A stretch of 63,460 nucleotides of DNA, counting the filler, from Reticulomyxa filosa (lineage: Eukaryota > Protista > Foraminifera), in NCBI GenBank assembly GCA_000512085.1. It is 25 parts of 25 records of this genome, joined end to end, with 100 filler letters (N's around TTAATTAATTAA, not from the genome) between each part and the next. Parts side by side here need not be neighbours in the genome. Positions count along the whole stretch, not along the records: positions 12,186 to 15,190 come from ASPP01025412.1; positions 15,291 to 17,129 come from ASPP01042578.1; positions 17,230 to 18,751 come from ASPP01033973.1; positions 18,852 to 28,344 come from ASPP01006976.1; 21 more parts are not named here. One strand, 5' to 3'. The notes below the pieces were generated by a model that worked only from the letters and a program-made list of their open reading frames with translations, did no database searches and was not told the DNA's origin. Below, piece by piece: positions 12,241 through 25,489 of the stretch (position 1 is the stretch's first letter; every line of letters begins with the position of its first letter). A program made the position numbers and the translations under genes.

Positions 12241-12573
12241 GAAATGGCATATAAAGTGTTTGTAATAAACGCTCCCTCCATGTTTCAAACTTGTTGGAAA
12301 ATTGTCAAAACTTTCATGGAACCCATTACCGTCGAAAAAGTCAAAGTCTTTGGAACATCCGACACGAACGAGTTCTTCAAGGAATTGAATTCCATTGCGA
12401 ACGCTGATATGATCCCACCCTCTTTTGGAGGCAAAGGCACGTTTACTATTCGTCTTGGTGACGTCCCTGCTGAATATGATATGGATTTGTCCAAGACGTT
12501 CCAATATCAACTCCTCAACTTCCTATTAAACAAGAAACAAAAAAGACTACCAAATCGTAATTTTTTTTTTTGA
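12241..12573 (+). CDS. CRAL-TRIO (SEC14-like) protein, C-terminal exon
   Basis: EMAYKVFVINAPSMFQTCWKIVKTFMEPITVEKVKV..IPPSFGG after a CAG acceptor at 12238-12240. Confidence 0.88.
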   Translation, partial: EMAYKVFVINAPSMFQTCWKIVKTFMEPITVEKVKVFGTSDTNEFFKELNSIANADMIPPSFGGKGTFTIRLGDVPAEYDMDLSKTFQYQLLNFLLNKKQKRLPNRNFFF

Positions 12574-13085
12574 GGTTTTTCTTTGTTTGTTGTTTTATTT
12601 TTTTTTTGTGATTTAGTTTGTTTTGATTTGATTTTTTTTCTCTCAAAAAATATGTACGACTGCACTAATTGGTTATTCTTTTTTTTTTTTTGGTTGCCTC
12701 TAATCCACGCACATAAAAGCATCCTCCCTTTGTTTTGAATTACGACCAAGCTAAATAATCAGCAAAAAAAAACACATATACTTTTTAAAAATTTGTTTGC
12801 AAAAGACTATCGTTTTCAAAGTTATTGAAAGAGTGTAATTTTTGCCACAACATTTTTTAATTTGATCACTACTGGTGCTCAAGATACATTGTTTAATTTT
12901 TTTTATTTAATACTGTAAATTTTTTATTAATTTGAAATGAATAAAAAGAGAAAGAGTTTCGAATTGAAAGTAGAATGTTTAGCTGCTGGACAATATATAG
13001 GGAGTATATAGAAAAAAATTCATTAAAATAGACTGCTCCAAGAAAAAGGTGTCTGCATTGAAATTAAAAAAAAAAAGAAGCTTAA

Positions 13086-14510
13086 TTAAAGCTCTTGTTT
13101 GGAAGTAGGTACTGTTGTGTCGGGATTATGAAAATGACTAGTATCCGTTTGAGAAGTGACGACTTGTGGAGTGTTTGTCCAAGCAGCTTGATCATCTTGA
13201 ATAACTCTGTGAATGATTTTGGTGATAGTGTCCTGTTGAGCTTGCCTCTGAAGGACAGTGGCCAGTTTGACGGCATTAAGAGCCGCAGTGGTCGAGTAAG
13301 CGGATTTTTTGGTGGCGACAAAATGGGACTTTTGTAAAGGAAAGCAAACGATTTCATGACTCGGAGATTTTGGAACGACGAAATCGGGATGCGTGCAAAC
13401 CCGGGGCGTGGTGACTTCCGCAATGTAATGGCAAAGCTCATCTTCGCGATACGACTCGAGAATGGTCACTTTCTCTTGCTTAGCACAGCAGAACTGCACC
13501 ACGACACTCCGTGACTTACCCGTTAATTCGCAGTGGTTTGCCATTTTCATACACCATTTCCACATATGTATTTTCCGGAGACAATTCATCTTTGCGAATA
13601 CTTAATACGGACGAGTTTATCGGGACTTTGCTGTTCCACCTTCACATCACATGTTCTATAGTGATTTCCTGTCCAATCACAACTAATCATTCCCATCCCA
13701 TCCCATCCCATCTCATCTTTTTTATTTATATTTATTGTTGATGTTTGAAACACAAAACTTTGGTTTTCTACAACCGGCTCAAAGTGAACCTGTCGGACGT
13801 GCTGCCCATAGCAAAACTCCACCGTCCACCAGCCTTGGGCGTAGTTCAAGCACGGCAATTTCAGCAATGGTTTTAGCAGTTCCGCAACGTCGACCGTGGC
13901 AGTCGAGGCAGCGTCCGAACTGTGTGTCGATTGGTGTTCTGACCCAGAATTTTCCGGAAGTTTCGAGGACGTGGCCGGCATTACTTGTTGTTGTACTTTG
14001 GGGATTTGAAAAGTGTTGACAAGCCAAGCTTGATACTGACACAACTCTTTTATCGCAATGGCGATATGATAAGTAAGTTTTTGCGGTTCATTGACAAATA
14101 AAATATGTTGACAAAATAAAAAAATTATTATTATTATCATTGTTATTATTATTATTATCAAATAAATGATGGTTTTGAGTCGAACATAGCAAAGAGACAA
14201 TGGTGGATCGCTTGGCATCGCAATTGGCATAGAAGAGGTGAAGAAAGTATTGGTCGGACGCAAGACGTTGCATGTAGGCTTCAGGTCGTCGATGTGTACA
14301 AACTTGTCGACGGGGAAAGCCAGCAACGACGACTGAAACTCGCCCAAGTGCACCGCGCTCTTTTTATGTCCGGAGTTGCCGTTGAACTGCGTCACCTTCG
14401 AAAACAGGTACACCTCGTACGACCAATAGTCGTGTGGCGCGTGGTATCCATAGCATTTGATCTGTGTGCCTTTCGTCGGTTTGTCTAAAAGTTCATCTTG
14501 TGTTCTCCTC
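13086..14510 (-). CDS. ER lectin with two MRH/PRKCSH domains (ERLEC1/XTP3-B/OS-9-like), multi-exon
   Basis: KCYGYHAPHDYWSYEVYLFSKVTQF and CLNYAQGWWTVEFCYGQHVRQVH; CELTGKSRSVVVQFCC..EDELCHYIAEVTTPRVC. The 5' end was not resolved. Confidence 0.82.
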
Positions 14511-15290
14511 CTTTTTTTTTTTGAAGAAAAAAAAAAGGGGAAGGTTCCTAAAAAAAAGTTATCGCAAAGATATTACAAAAAAATTTTTTTTTTTTTTTCA
14601 AAAACAAATTGTCTTAATTCAACAATTTGTTACAATACCTACTTTATCTTTATGCCATTTGAAAAAATCAATCAAATGATTCAAAACATATTGTATATAT
14701 CACATTAATACTGATACTTTTATTGTTATTCTTTGTAATAAAGAAATATTTATACACCAAACAGAATACATAACTTTGAAAACATTGAGTGTTTCGAATG
14801 TTTCAAGTTAAATGACTCGATATCACTTATATTTGCAGATCTCAAGGTCAAACGCTTTTGAATTGAAAAAAGATTGTTTTGAAAAGAATACACTTAGACT
14901 ATTTACTGGACAACAAACACAAACACTTTAATTAATGAAACTTAAAACAAAAAATGAAATTAGGATATTTATTTGCATCGATTGCATGAATATTATTTAG
15001 AGTAGTGTGGTTGGTGTTTAGAAGTGCACGTGTAAAAGTAAACAATGGCAATAAGCACACAATCAAATTTATTGATACGTTGATTATCATTTATGCGTCG
15101 TGTTATTTTGTCTGGAAAAAAAAGATTGAGAGAAGTGGAAGTGATGAACGTCATTGCAATGAAATTAGTAATTTAATAACAACTAAAAATNNNNNNNNNN
15201 NNNNNNNNNNNNNNNNNNNNNNNNNNNNNNNNNNTTAATTAATTAANNNNNNNNNNNNNNNNNNNNNNNNNNNNNNNNNNNNNNNNNNNN

Positions 15291-17129
15291 GGATTGTTTG
15301 TATCAATCAAATGAAACGAAAGAGCATCAAGAAGTATGTTCTATTTTAATGAATGAACAATTTAATCCAAAATATTCAACGATGATTCCATTTATGGCTG
15401 GAATGTTGTATGACAATATTGAAAATGGAAAAGATCGATCAGGATCTGGTTTGTTATATTTTTGGAAATTATTACATTCTTCACCGCCTCAACTCACTCC
15501 TATCAATCAAATGATGTTATTTGTCCATTGTTTGGATGCTTGTAAAGCAGACACAGAAAGTTCATTTCTTTCATCAATGCTCAAATGTTGTCATGAAATA
15601 GTGATTAATTTATTTAAATCATGGCTCATTGCTTGGATCAGTTTTGGCAAAAACAAATGTCATACCAACCGTTACATGGACAGATCATTAAATAAGATGA
15701 TGGAAACGCATTTACCCACATTGCAGTATGTTCTTGTTCATCGAGATATCCATTCATGGATTATTGATCAGCTCATACAATTCAGAAGTAAGATTTTAAA
15801 AATGCGAGAGAAAAAGGATACTTACTACGTGGGAATTGCAAATGAATTTCCTCTATTACCATATCTGTGTATCTCTACGGAAACAGCAGACATTATTTTG
15901 CAATGTTTTGAAGTTAGTATTCAGTGTAGCTTTTTATATGTCGATTTTGCACAATTGTATACGAAATTGAAAGAAGATCAATTGGATGGCGTTCTTACAT
16001 TTTTGATTATTGCTTTGTTTGAAAAAAAAAAGCATGATAAAGCTATACCCTCACTTAAGTCAATAGTACCAAAATTGAATGAAAGACAAGCGAATGACGC
16101 TTTTCGGTTTTTGATGAGTAAGAAAGAAAATTTGGAACTATTTGCAGACTTGCTTGCATTGATAGCAGTAAAACTGAGTGGGCAATACTTAAACGATGCA
16201 TTCAAAATTTTGATCACACTCCCAAGCTATGAAATTCCGTATTCTGAATTCACAACACTCGTAATAAATTTACTTGAGGGAAAATGGAATAATGATGTTT
16301 TTCAATATTTGCACAATACATTAGATAAAAAAAATAAACGTTTCAGTAAATTGTATGCAAAAATACTTGAAAATGTAGCAATGAATTTGAAAGGAGAACA
16401 TTTGGACGTTGCTCTTAGGTGTTTTATGAAAAAGTTACATTACAGATTGTATTCTAATGGATATTTTACAAAGGTATTTGGAAAAATTTCATTAAAATTG
16501 AATGAAGAACAATTACCTTATATTTCCCAATGTTTGATGGATGGATTAGAATATAAAAACAAATATATACACCAAGAATGTGCAAAATTGCTAGGAACAC
16601 TTTCAATGAAATGGAATCAAGTACAATTGAATGATACTTTCAAATGTTTGATGAATAGATTAAATGAAAATGTCCATTGGACATATATGAACTCCATTGA
16701 AAAAATTTTATTACGATTAGAGGAAGAATATTTGGATACAGCTTTTCAATGTTTGATTGATGGATTAGACAATTACAAACAAAGTATTCGTGAGATGTGT
16801 GTTAATTTGTTGGCAGCAGTATCAATGCAATGGAATAAAGTACAATTGGATACACTGTTTACGAATTTAATAACGAAAGTATCAAACGATAAAAATAAAC
16901 ATGTTCGTTATTCATGTGCAAAAGCAATTCAGAAACTCTTATCATATTTGGATAATAAACAAATAAATGAGGCATTTGGATATTTAATCCATGGATTGAA
17001 AGATAAAGATAAAAATATTCAAAGTTCATGTACAGAATCACTTGGAAAGATTACAGATAAATTGAATAAAATTCAATTAAATATTTCATTTCAATGTTTG
17101 ATGAAGAGGTTGAATAATAAGAATGAAGA
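15291..17129 (+). CDS. NACHT-family protein, C-terminal half with HEAT/ARM-like repeats (intronless fragment)
   Basis: First ~100 aa closely match the post-NACHT region of 25490-27709; followed by repeats such as LNDTFKCLMNRL..,LDTAFQCLIDGL..IREMCVNLL, INEAFGYLIHGLKDKDKNIQSSCTESLGKI. Confidence 0.85.
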
Positions 17130-18851
17130 NNNNNNNNNNNNNNNNNNNNNNNNNNNNNNNNNNNNNNNNNNNNTTAATTAATTAANNNNNNNNNNNNNNN
17201 NNNNNNNNNNNNNNNNNNNNNNNNNNNNNAAAAATAATTTTGTTGTTGAAGCAATGTGGTATTCCGTGTTATCTCAGAAGATTGCAACAAAACTTAAGAC
17301 ATTTGTTGTTTCATTCTTTTGGTTGTTTGTGCAACAGCACAAATCAAAGTTGTATACGTCGGGGATACACCTTAGAAAACATTAGAAAATTCTTGGATAG
17401 AAAAACGTTTATATTTTTTTTGCAAGTTTTTAAACAAACTAAAAAAGTTCACTTGCAAAAAACAAAAATTTCTTTGCTTTTCTTTATTGAAATTGTTCCT
17501 GGAAGAGTTAATTAAGCATTGCAAATATGCATCCATCTTCCAGTGTCGTCACATAATAACGAAGCCAATTGGCCCTGGTGTTTGTACTATTGCTGTATAG
17601 TCATTACTGCTATATGATGCCCAAATAAGTAATATTTCACATATTTAAGTGTAATTAATATTCTCCACAACAAAAGTATTTTTTTCTTCTTCCGTAACCA
17701 TTTTCAAAATTCAGTGCTAAAAACATTTTTTTGCAATTGAAGGGCTAGTTTTATTTTTTTAAATTTTTTTCTGTCATGTTTTTTTCTTCAACAAGTCCCA
17801 AACTTTTCGACAATAGATCTTGTGAAGATTGAAGGAAAAGATCTAGATATGGCTTTCACACTTGAGATTTGAACTTGCACTTGATTTTTTTAATTGTAAG
17901 CTGAATTCAATACAAAAATTCACCACAAAACAAAACGTACAATTAAATATTTCACTTTTTATTTATGAAGGGAGTGGTTTCGTTTTGAAATCAATAACGC
18001 TGAAACGAACACTTGTATCAAATTTCAATTGAACAAAACAAGTTTAGTATCGTTTTTATGTAAATAGATTGCCTGACTTACACTGAAGTGTTAGACTACT
18101 GGACAAGTAGTGATAAGTGGATTGGAGAGTAATGTTTGAAACACAATTTAGTTTTTATTTGTTTAGCTAATTTTGTTCAAAAATTTTGGTTCAATCCAAT
18201 TCGATTTGGCTTGAGCAAGCATGTAAAACAAAACACTTATCAAAACAAAATTGTTTGTAATGTCGTATCTGACATTCAACATATTTTATTCAAATGGTTT
18301 TTTTATTTGAAAAAATGTTGGAAGTATTACATTGAGATTTTGACTTTCATTAGTGAAGGTGGTCATTATTTCAGATGATAAAAAAAATTTGATTTGAACA
18401 ATTTGTGCTTCAGCTTTTATTTTTTAACAATCACTACATTAATTTAGAAAAAGTTCAAAAATTAAATGTTGAAATAAAAACTATCACCAATTTTTCAAAA
18501 TGTATCGTCTGGAACGAGTTTTTTTTCTTCATTCTTTTATTTATTTATTTTTGCAGTGAAAACACTTCTTGTTTTATTACTGAAAAGATGATAATATGTT
18601 TTACTTTTTCTTATTTGCATTGACAAGAACAAAAACAAATATGCATTGAAATAACAATAAAGTTTAAATTCGTGATTATTTTATTCATAGACAAAACAAA
18701 AAACATGAAAAAAAAGTTTAAATTAATTTATCATTAGCAAAACTAATAATANNNNNNNNNNNNNNNNNNNNNNNNNNNNNNNNNNNNNNNNNNNNTTAAT
18801 TAATTAANNNNNNNNNNNNNNNNNNNNNNNNNNNNNNNNNNNNNNNNNNNN

Positions 18852-20503
18852 CAACTGTAGCAGCTCCGCAGCTGCAGCTTTCTTCTAACGGCAAATCCTA
18901 CACTTTTTTCTACAATTCCACAAATGAAACTATTTCTTATGTCGGAAAAATCATCCAAGGCATTACAAGTCCAACAAAAAAAAAATTTTGTTTCAAAACA
19001 TGGCACACAATTTTCTATTCCAATAATAATAATAATAAAAAAACACAAAATAAACAAAAAAAAAAAAATAGCGTTTTTTAAAAACAAAAGATTGACAATG
19101 TTTGACGTTGGACTCAATTGGAAACAAAACTCGATTTTGTCCAATTCAACTCAATGGCTGTTTATCAATAACTCATATTTTGGCTACGGCTGCAATCAAA
19201 TGATGGTCAACGTATACAACTGGCAAAGTAGTTTGTGTCCAAAAGGGGTTGGCGTGTGTACAGATCACACGCTTTCCAAATGGTCGTACAGTCAAAACGG
19301 AATTTCATCCTTTCCTTACTATAATCGGATTTATTATCCCACAACTGTTGGCAAACTGTTTTACCTTTTTTTTTGTTCATTTTTTTTCCCCATTTGTTTA
19401 TTGCCTCTTGTCATGAACGGCATAACTTGTTCTTGCAAAAAAAAAAAAAAAAGCGAGTGCATACGTAACCACCAATATATCTGCATACTCTGAGAGTGAC
19501 ATCATTGTTCGCTATAAGTTCAAAACTGGGAATATATCGGTTAAAATCCCCATTTCTTCATTCGCTTAAATTGCTGAGCCAAAAATTTGTAACTCCACAT
19601 TGGCATATGTGGCCAACTCGGCTACGTCGTATTAAATTGAAGCAGCTGCAGCCAATTGTGGACAACTGACTACTAATTTTTGTCCGTTTTTGTTTTGCTT
19701 TTTTTTATTTGCTTATTTGTTTGTTGCGAAACTATCCAGCGTTTCTTGCATCACAAAAAAATATACCATATACATATATGTGTATATGTATAGGGGTATC
19801 AGTAACATGTGCAAACGGCGTTGAAGTCAATTCAACAACACATAGTGTGACAGTTGGACAGAAAACATCATGGAATCTCACGGTGAATTGCATCAAACTG
19901 AAAACAGCAGTTATCAAATGTTTCAAATTAGAGGCTGTCGGATTGGTGCCACAATTTTGCTCATTTGCTGTTTTCGTTGGTATTTGTCTTTTAACGAAAG
20001 ATTGATACATCACTCTAAAGAAAGATTTTATTTTATCTGGTTGGTTGGAATGTTCAACTTTACAGAAGAAGAAGTTCCAGAGCCTTTGGTGACTTTGGAG
20101 TGGAGTAGTAGTGTGACAATTGTAATGGCGTGTTTCGCTTTTCTTGTGTTTGCCTTGCACTGCTTTCACGTTTGTAAGCGTGCTCGATTGCTACCTTTGA
20201 TAAAAAATGGCTGCTTCTTGAGATTTGACAAACTGACAGATGATACTAACGATGAAAGTAGCGTCACTTCTAAAACGGACTCCGAAAGTTTGTTGTTCTT
20301 ATTGTTATTATTATTGTATTCTTTGCTTTACTTGTTTGACTGCACATACACCATTTTTTGATTTTTGCCTTGCAGACTTCAAAGCCATCGTTGTGTCAAC
20401 TGGCGCGTCGAACACTGAATCTCCTCAAGAGCTTTTACGAACTGTGAAAACGACATTATTCACTTTTGAGAAAAATTCTAACAAGAATGCACAGTATATG
20501 TGA
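18852..20503 (+). CDS. Multi-exon hypothetical single-pass membrane protein, 3' part
   Basis: Several exon-like segments; hydrophobic TIVMACFAFLVFALHCFHV followed by a basic cytoplasmic tail. Confidence 0.45.
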
Positions 20504-21200
20504 TTTTTGTCAATCAACTCACTTCCACTCCCTAAGAAGATTGATAATTTTTTTATTTAATTTACTTTTTTTTTGTTATTGTTTTGATTGATATTCATAG
20601 TTACAATTAAAATAACAGTCAATTCACTATTCCTTAATCAGAAAAGTTTTGTGAAATTGGGACTTTAAAACTGGCTTTATTTAACTTACAAATCTTTATT
20701 CAAACACAAAATTAAGTTTGAACCAACTCTATTGAAAAAAACAAAATAAAGAGAATGTGTTCGAGGGTACAAAGGATGGAAAACGCATTTTTGTTTATTT
20801 TGTTTTTCCAATGATACAAAAACTTTTATGCCTTAATTACTTTGTATGCATTAGATAGAAATTTATTTACAAATGAGGCAAACATATTTTGGTATGTTGA
20901 AGGAAAATATTCCCGTTTTTGTTTGAATTTAATAAAGTATTTATTTACCAAGCGTTAAATATAAATCAAATGAGTGTCAGACTGATCCGCTCTCCATAAT
21001 TATGACACTAAAAGACTGCAATAACCTCATTTCAAAAATGATAAAGTATTGTTTCAAATAGAAGAATAGATTCACAAAATATCGTTTTGTTCACATTTGA
21101 AAAACTTGTTAGACAAAAGGAGTTTTGCTGCCTTTATTGATTTTGACAAAAAAGTTCAAATTTTCTTACATCATAATTGAAAGACAAAAGAAATGATAGA

Positions 21201-22557
21201 ATGACAACACTTATCGATGAAAAAGAAACTTTAATGCAACTAGTATTGGTAAGCTTAAATTTCAATCTTTCAAAGGCTTGCTTGTATGTATTGTATACAA
21301 TTTATGATTGAATTAGTCGGAAAAAGAAGAGGTTCAAATTATAATCCGACATTGGATTCGAATTTTAGACATCAAATTAGGATGGATAGATGATTTTGAC
21401 AAATTTGTTGTCAATTATGTTACGCTCTTTTTTTTTTATTATTTATTTATTGTTATTATTCAAACTATTATTTAACACAGGCAATTACAATCTTCATGCT
21501 TGATATATTTTGTTCATTATCGAAATTGCGCAGGACATTCGTTGGGCACAAGGGACATGTGTGGAGTATTGATTATTCAATATTCGGTGGTAATCAATAT
21601 CTTTGTTCTGGATCAGAAGATAGCACTGTTCGTGTATGGGATGTAAAGACCGGCAAGCAAGTTCAATTATTCAAAGGACATTCAAGCGATGTGTTTAGTG
21701 TAAAATTTTCTCCATATCATAACAGCTATCGTGTGGTGAATCATTGCTATCCCACTATTTGTTCTTCATCAAATGACAAAACTATTCGTTTTTGGGATTT
21801 CAAAACGGCCAAAGAAGTTCAATCGTTGAATGGACACACTGATAGTGTTTGTGGTATTGTGTTTTCACCATTCAGTAATGGCCAATATTTATGCTCTGGA
21901 TCGTTTGATAAAACAATTCGTTTATGGGATGTTAAAACATTCCAACCATTACATGTTTTCAATGGACATAAATATCATGCTTGGTCTGTTGAATTTTCAC
22001 CACCGAAAAGCAATAAAAATAAGAATAATAATAGCATTGGTGTGATTGGTGGTAATGGATACACTATTTGTTCTGGATCATGGGATAAAACTATTCGTTT
22101 GTGGGATGTTGAAACAACCAAAGAATTAGCTGTTTTCAAAGGACATAAAGATTCTGTAATGAGTGTAAAATATTCACAATATGACACAAATACAATATGT
22201 TCTGGATCACGAGATAACAGTGTTCGTTTATGGGATATCCGATCAAACAAAGAAATACACGCATTTAAGGAACATATCAATATTGTGTGGGCTGTTGAAT
22301 ACTCACCATTTGTTAGCAATGATAGTGCTGAAACATCAATAATTAATCAAAATACAATATGTTCTGGATCACGTGATAATACAATCCGTTTTTGGGACAT
22401 TCGAACAAATAAACAATTACATTTGATCAAAGGAGATTTTAATAAAGATTATGGAATAATTTCTCTTAAATTTTTAGCATTGAAAAAAAGTAATTGTATT
22501 TGGAGTGTCAACTTGTGTTATGGTTCATACGAAGGTCCCATTCGTATTTGGGAATAG
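21201..22557 (+). CDS. WD40-repeat protein (expanded foraminiferal-type family), 3 exons
   Basis: About 7 GH..CSGS.D.TIR.WD repeats; upstream exons MTTLIDEKETLMQLVL and EEVQIIIRHWIRILDIKLGWIDDFDKFVVNY with GT-AG introns. Confidence 0.92.
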
Positions 22558-22899
22558 TACAAAAAGAGAACTAAAATGATAGTAATTTTGTCTTTCAAAG
22601 CTACAAAAATCATAAACTAATTTCAGATAAACATCTATTAACATATCAAAATACCTTTCGTAATATTTGGAAAAACAATCAACTTTGGTTTATGCCAATC
22701 ATTGAAATAGTGTGAATAAGTTTCACAATATGTTTTACCGTATCGTATATTTTTTCACTGCAACAATGACATCATAAGTACTTGCATGACTTATGAAAAA
22801 TCCTGCTTTTATTTCTTTAATATTCTTCAATCTCACTCCTTTCAATTCACAATATAATTCCATTTCAATTTCTTATATGCTTCCATGTGTATGTAAAAT

Positions 22900-23440
22900 A
22901 CCTATGGCATCCCGCAAAAATCAATAAATAAGGCCATATACGATGTCTAAACTTTATTTGATCATAACTAAATTCAGTGTTACATGATTTATCACAATAA
23001 AATTGCACAAATATGCCATAATTGAAGATATCCATTAATTTCTCTCATGTATCAACAAAAATTTGCTTGTGGTACTTCCATATTTGTGATATTATTGTCT
23101 TTTAATTTTATTGCCGAATTATTTGAATAATTCCATCAAAAGACGTTGTTGTAAATTTGTTTTTAACAAATATTGCTTCAAATATTTTAATACAGTACAA
23201 ATTAATAATGTTTCACATTAAAAAACGAAAAAAAGAAAATACAAAAAATTTCTTCCGTGTTCTCTGTTAGCCATGTTAAGATATTCTTTGTCTTTTCGAC
23301 ATCTCGGTTAAACCATTTCAATACATCTGAAATAATCTCTTTATCTATCTTGAAAAACGTTTGTTGAAGTTGTGCAAGCATGATGAAATTAACGAAAGGA
23401 AAAAATTCCAAGCTTTTTCTTTCGTCGTCATATATCATTA
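22900..23440 (-). pseudogene. Degenerate hypothetical gene (UBA/CUE-like N-terminus)
   Basis: LAQLQQTFFKIDKEIISDVLKWFNRDVEKTKNIL, followed by stop-interrupted coding-like sequence. Confidence 0.35.
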
Positions 23441-23590
23441 TTGAAAAATGGCAGTGAAATTAGATTAACAGATTATGGATAAAAAACTTTTAATAAAAAT
23501 CACTTGTCATAAAGTTCAAAGCAACAAATATTTTACAAAAAGCGGTGCAAATCTCTCTACAACTTTTGAAAAGTTGTTTATTTGTGTTTT

Positions 23591-24952
23591 TTATTTCGAT
23601 GACCAAATACGAATTTGGTGATCCCAACACCCAGTAGCAATAGCATGTCCACTTGGAGATACCTGTAAACGTAGTACTCGATTTGGATGTTGTAACTGAT
23701 ATGATTCTTCTGCATCGATGGTATTCCAAGCCACCACGAAAGGAGGTTCATCGTGTCCACTAAAGATGTGATATCCTGATAATGAAACATCTACAGCATA
23801 AGATGCACCATTGTTATTGTGCCGATAAATGGCCATTTGCTTATAAGCACGTAGATCAAATAATCTACAATTTGCATCATCTGATGCAGTGACAAATGAA
23901 CGTTTGTTTGGAAAAAATTGAACACTATATGAATAGAACATAACACATATAAAAAAAAAAAAAAAAGAATGATTCTTTTGTTTATTTGTTTTTATTTTTA
24001 TATAACCATTTAATATCACTTTCATGATATCCACAAAAATTAAGGATACAACGTGTTGGTGTTCTGTGATCCCACACCTTGGCCGTTCCATCAATGGATC
24101 CGGTGATACATAAATGACTCGATCGATCTATTGACACCGACATAATATCACCGGTATGTCCTAAAAAAGTATCCACCATTTGCTCTTTTTCAATGTCCCA
24201 GCACCCTGCAGTTGAATCTCCAGAGGTTGTAATAATAGTATTTTCATCAAAAAATTTACAACAGCTCAAATATTGTTCATGTCCTATCAATACATATTTC
24301 GGTCGATCTTGTTCATATTTTTCCCAATTTTTGTAAGTATCTGAGATATCAAAGATAGTGCAAACATTATCTAGTCCTCCTGATGCCGTAAGATTTCCAG
24401 ATGGAGAAAAGGCACATGACATTACATAACCACTTTGTAACGAAACATAATTCTTTTTTTTCGTCGTGAAAGTATCCCATATCTGCATATGCCAATAACA
24501 ACAAAAATATTCATCAATGAAAAAATATAAATTAAAACAAAATAATCTTTTTTAAAAGAAATCAACACCAACCAACAATTTTCCATCTTGGGAAGCTGAA
24601 AGTAAATGTCTGTTATCCTTATGCCAATCAACACCATATATCTTACCAAAATGGCCTTTCAGTAATCCTTTTACTTTTAATCCATTTTTGTTTAATTCTT
24701 TGAATTGTTCACTTTTTGAGTAAATTTTTAATATATCTGTTATTTAAGAGTTGTAACAATCAAAGTATTTTTCATATTTCTAATCTATTACTTCTTTTAA
24801 TGTGCAATTTTATAAAATAGAACATATTACCCCTTTTCTTAACTTGAAACTTGGGATTTTTCTTTAATCATTGCTTTCAGCTGTTCTATTTGTTCTTTAC
24901 ATTCTTTCAATTCGTTGTCTATATTAGCTACTTGTTTTAAGAGTTGCAACAT
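23591..24952 (-). CDS. Heterotrimeric G-protein beta subunit (divergent), multi-exon
   Basis: N-terminal coiled coil; LKGHFGKIYGVDW..LLSASQDGKLL, VMSCAFSPSG..ASGGLDNVCTI, TTSGDSTAGCWD, GHTGDIMS, TASDDANCRLFDLRA, TGCWDHQIRIW. Confidence 0.9.
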
Positions 24953-25489
24953 TTAAATTCTCTTTAAATGACTATACAAAAAAATTCAGTCAAAAAAGGA
25001 ACCTTTCTGTGAAGAAAGAAAAGTAAGCAAAGCACGAAACAGTGATAACACATATAGAGTTTTAGTTTTTGTCCTTCAGATAAATCAATGAAATTAATTA
25101 TCCTATCAATATAATATCTTTTTCTCATTAAATATTTGTTGTGATATGAACTTTTTGAAAATTTGGAAAATGAAATAAATGCTGAAATGACACTTTTTAT
25201 CCGTTAATAAGATTATTTTTTTTCATCAAAAGTGTATGACAACAGAAATTGATTACATGTATATTTCCATCAATAATTATGTTATTTGAATTACCACTTT
25301 TACTTTTTACGTGTATCCGTTGTCGTTGTTAATCAATTAGAGAATGAAATCTTGACAAAAAAACTAATTATGATCTTCCTTATATTTCCACTTGTGATTT
25401 GCATAAAACTGCTTTGAGAAATCACAACTCTAAAAAACCTAGCAAACCCCGTTACTTGAATTTTTATATAAAATTGGAGTGGCAAAGCA

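Noticed and set aside
17815-17880. Possible ubiquitin-like fragment (LVKIEGK..FTLEI)
   Set aside because: Too short and weak to support.
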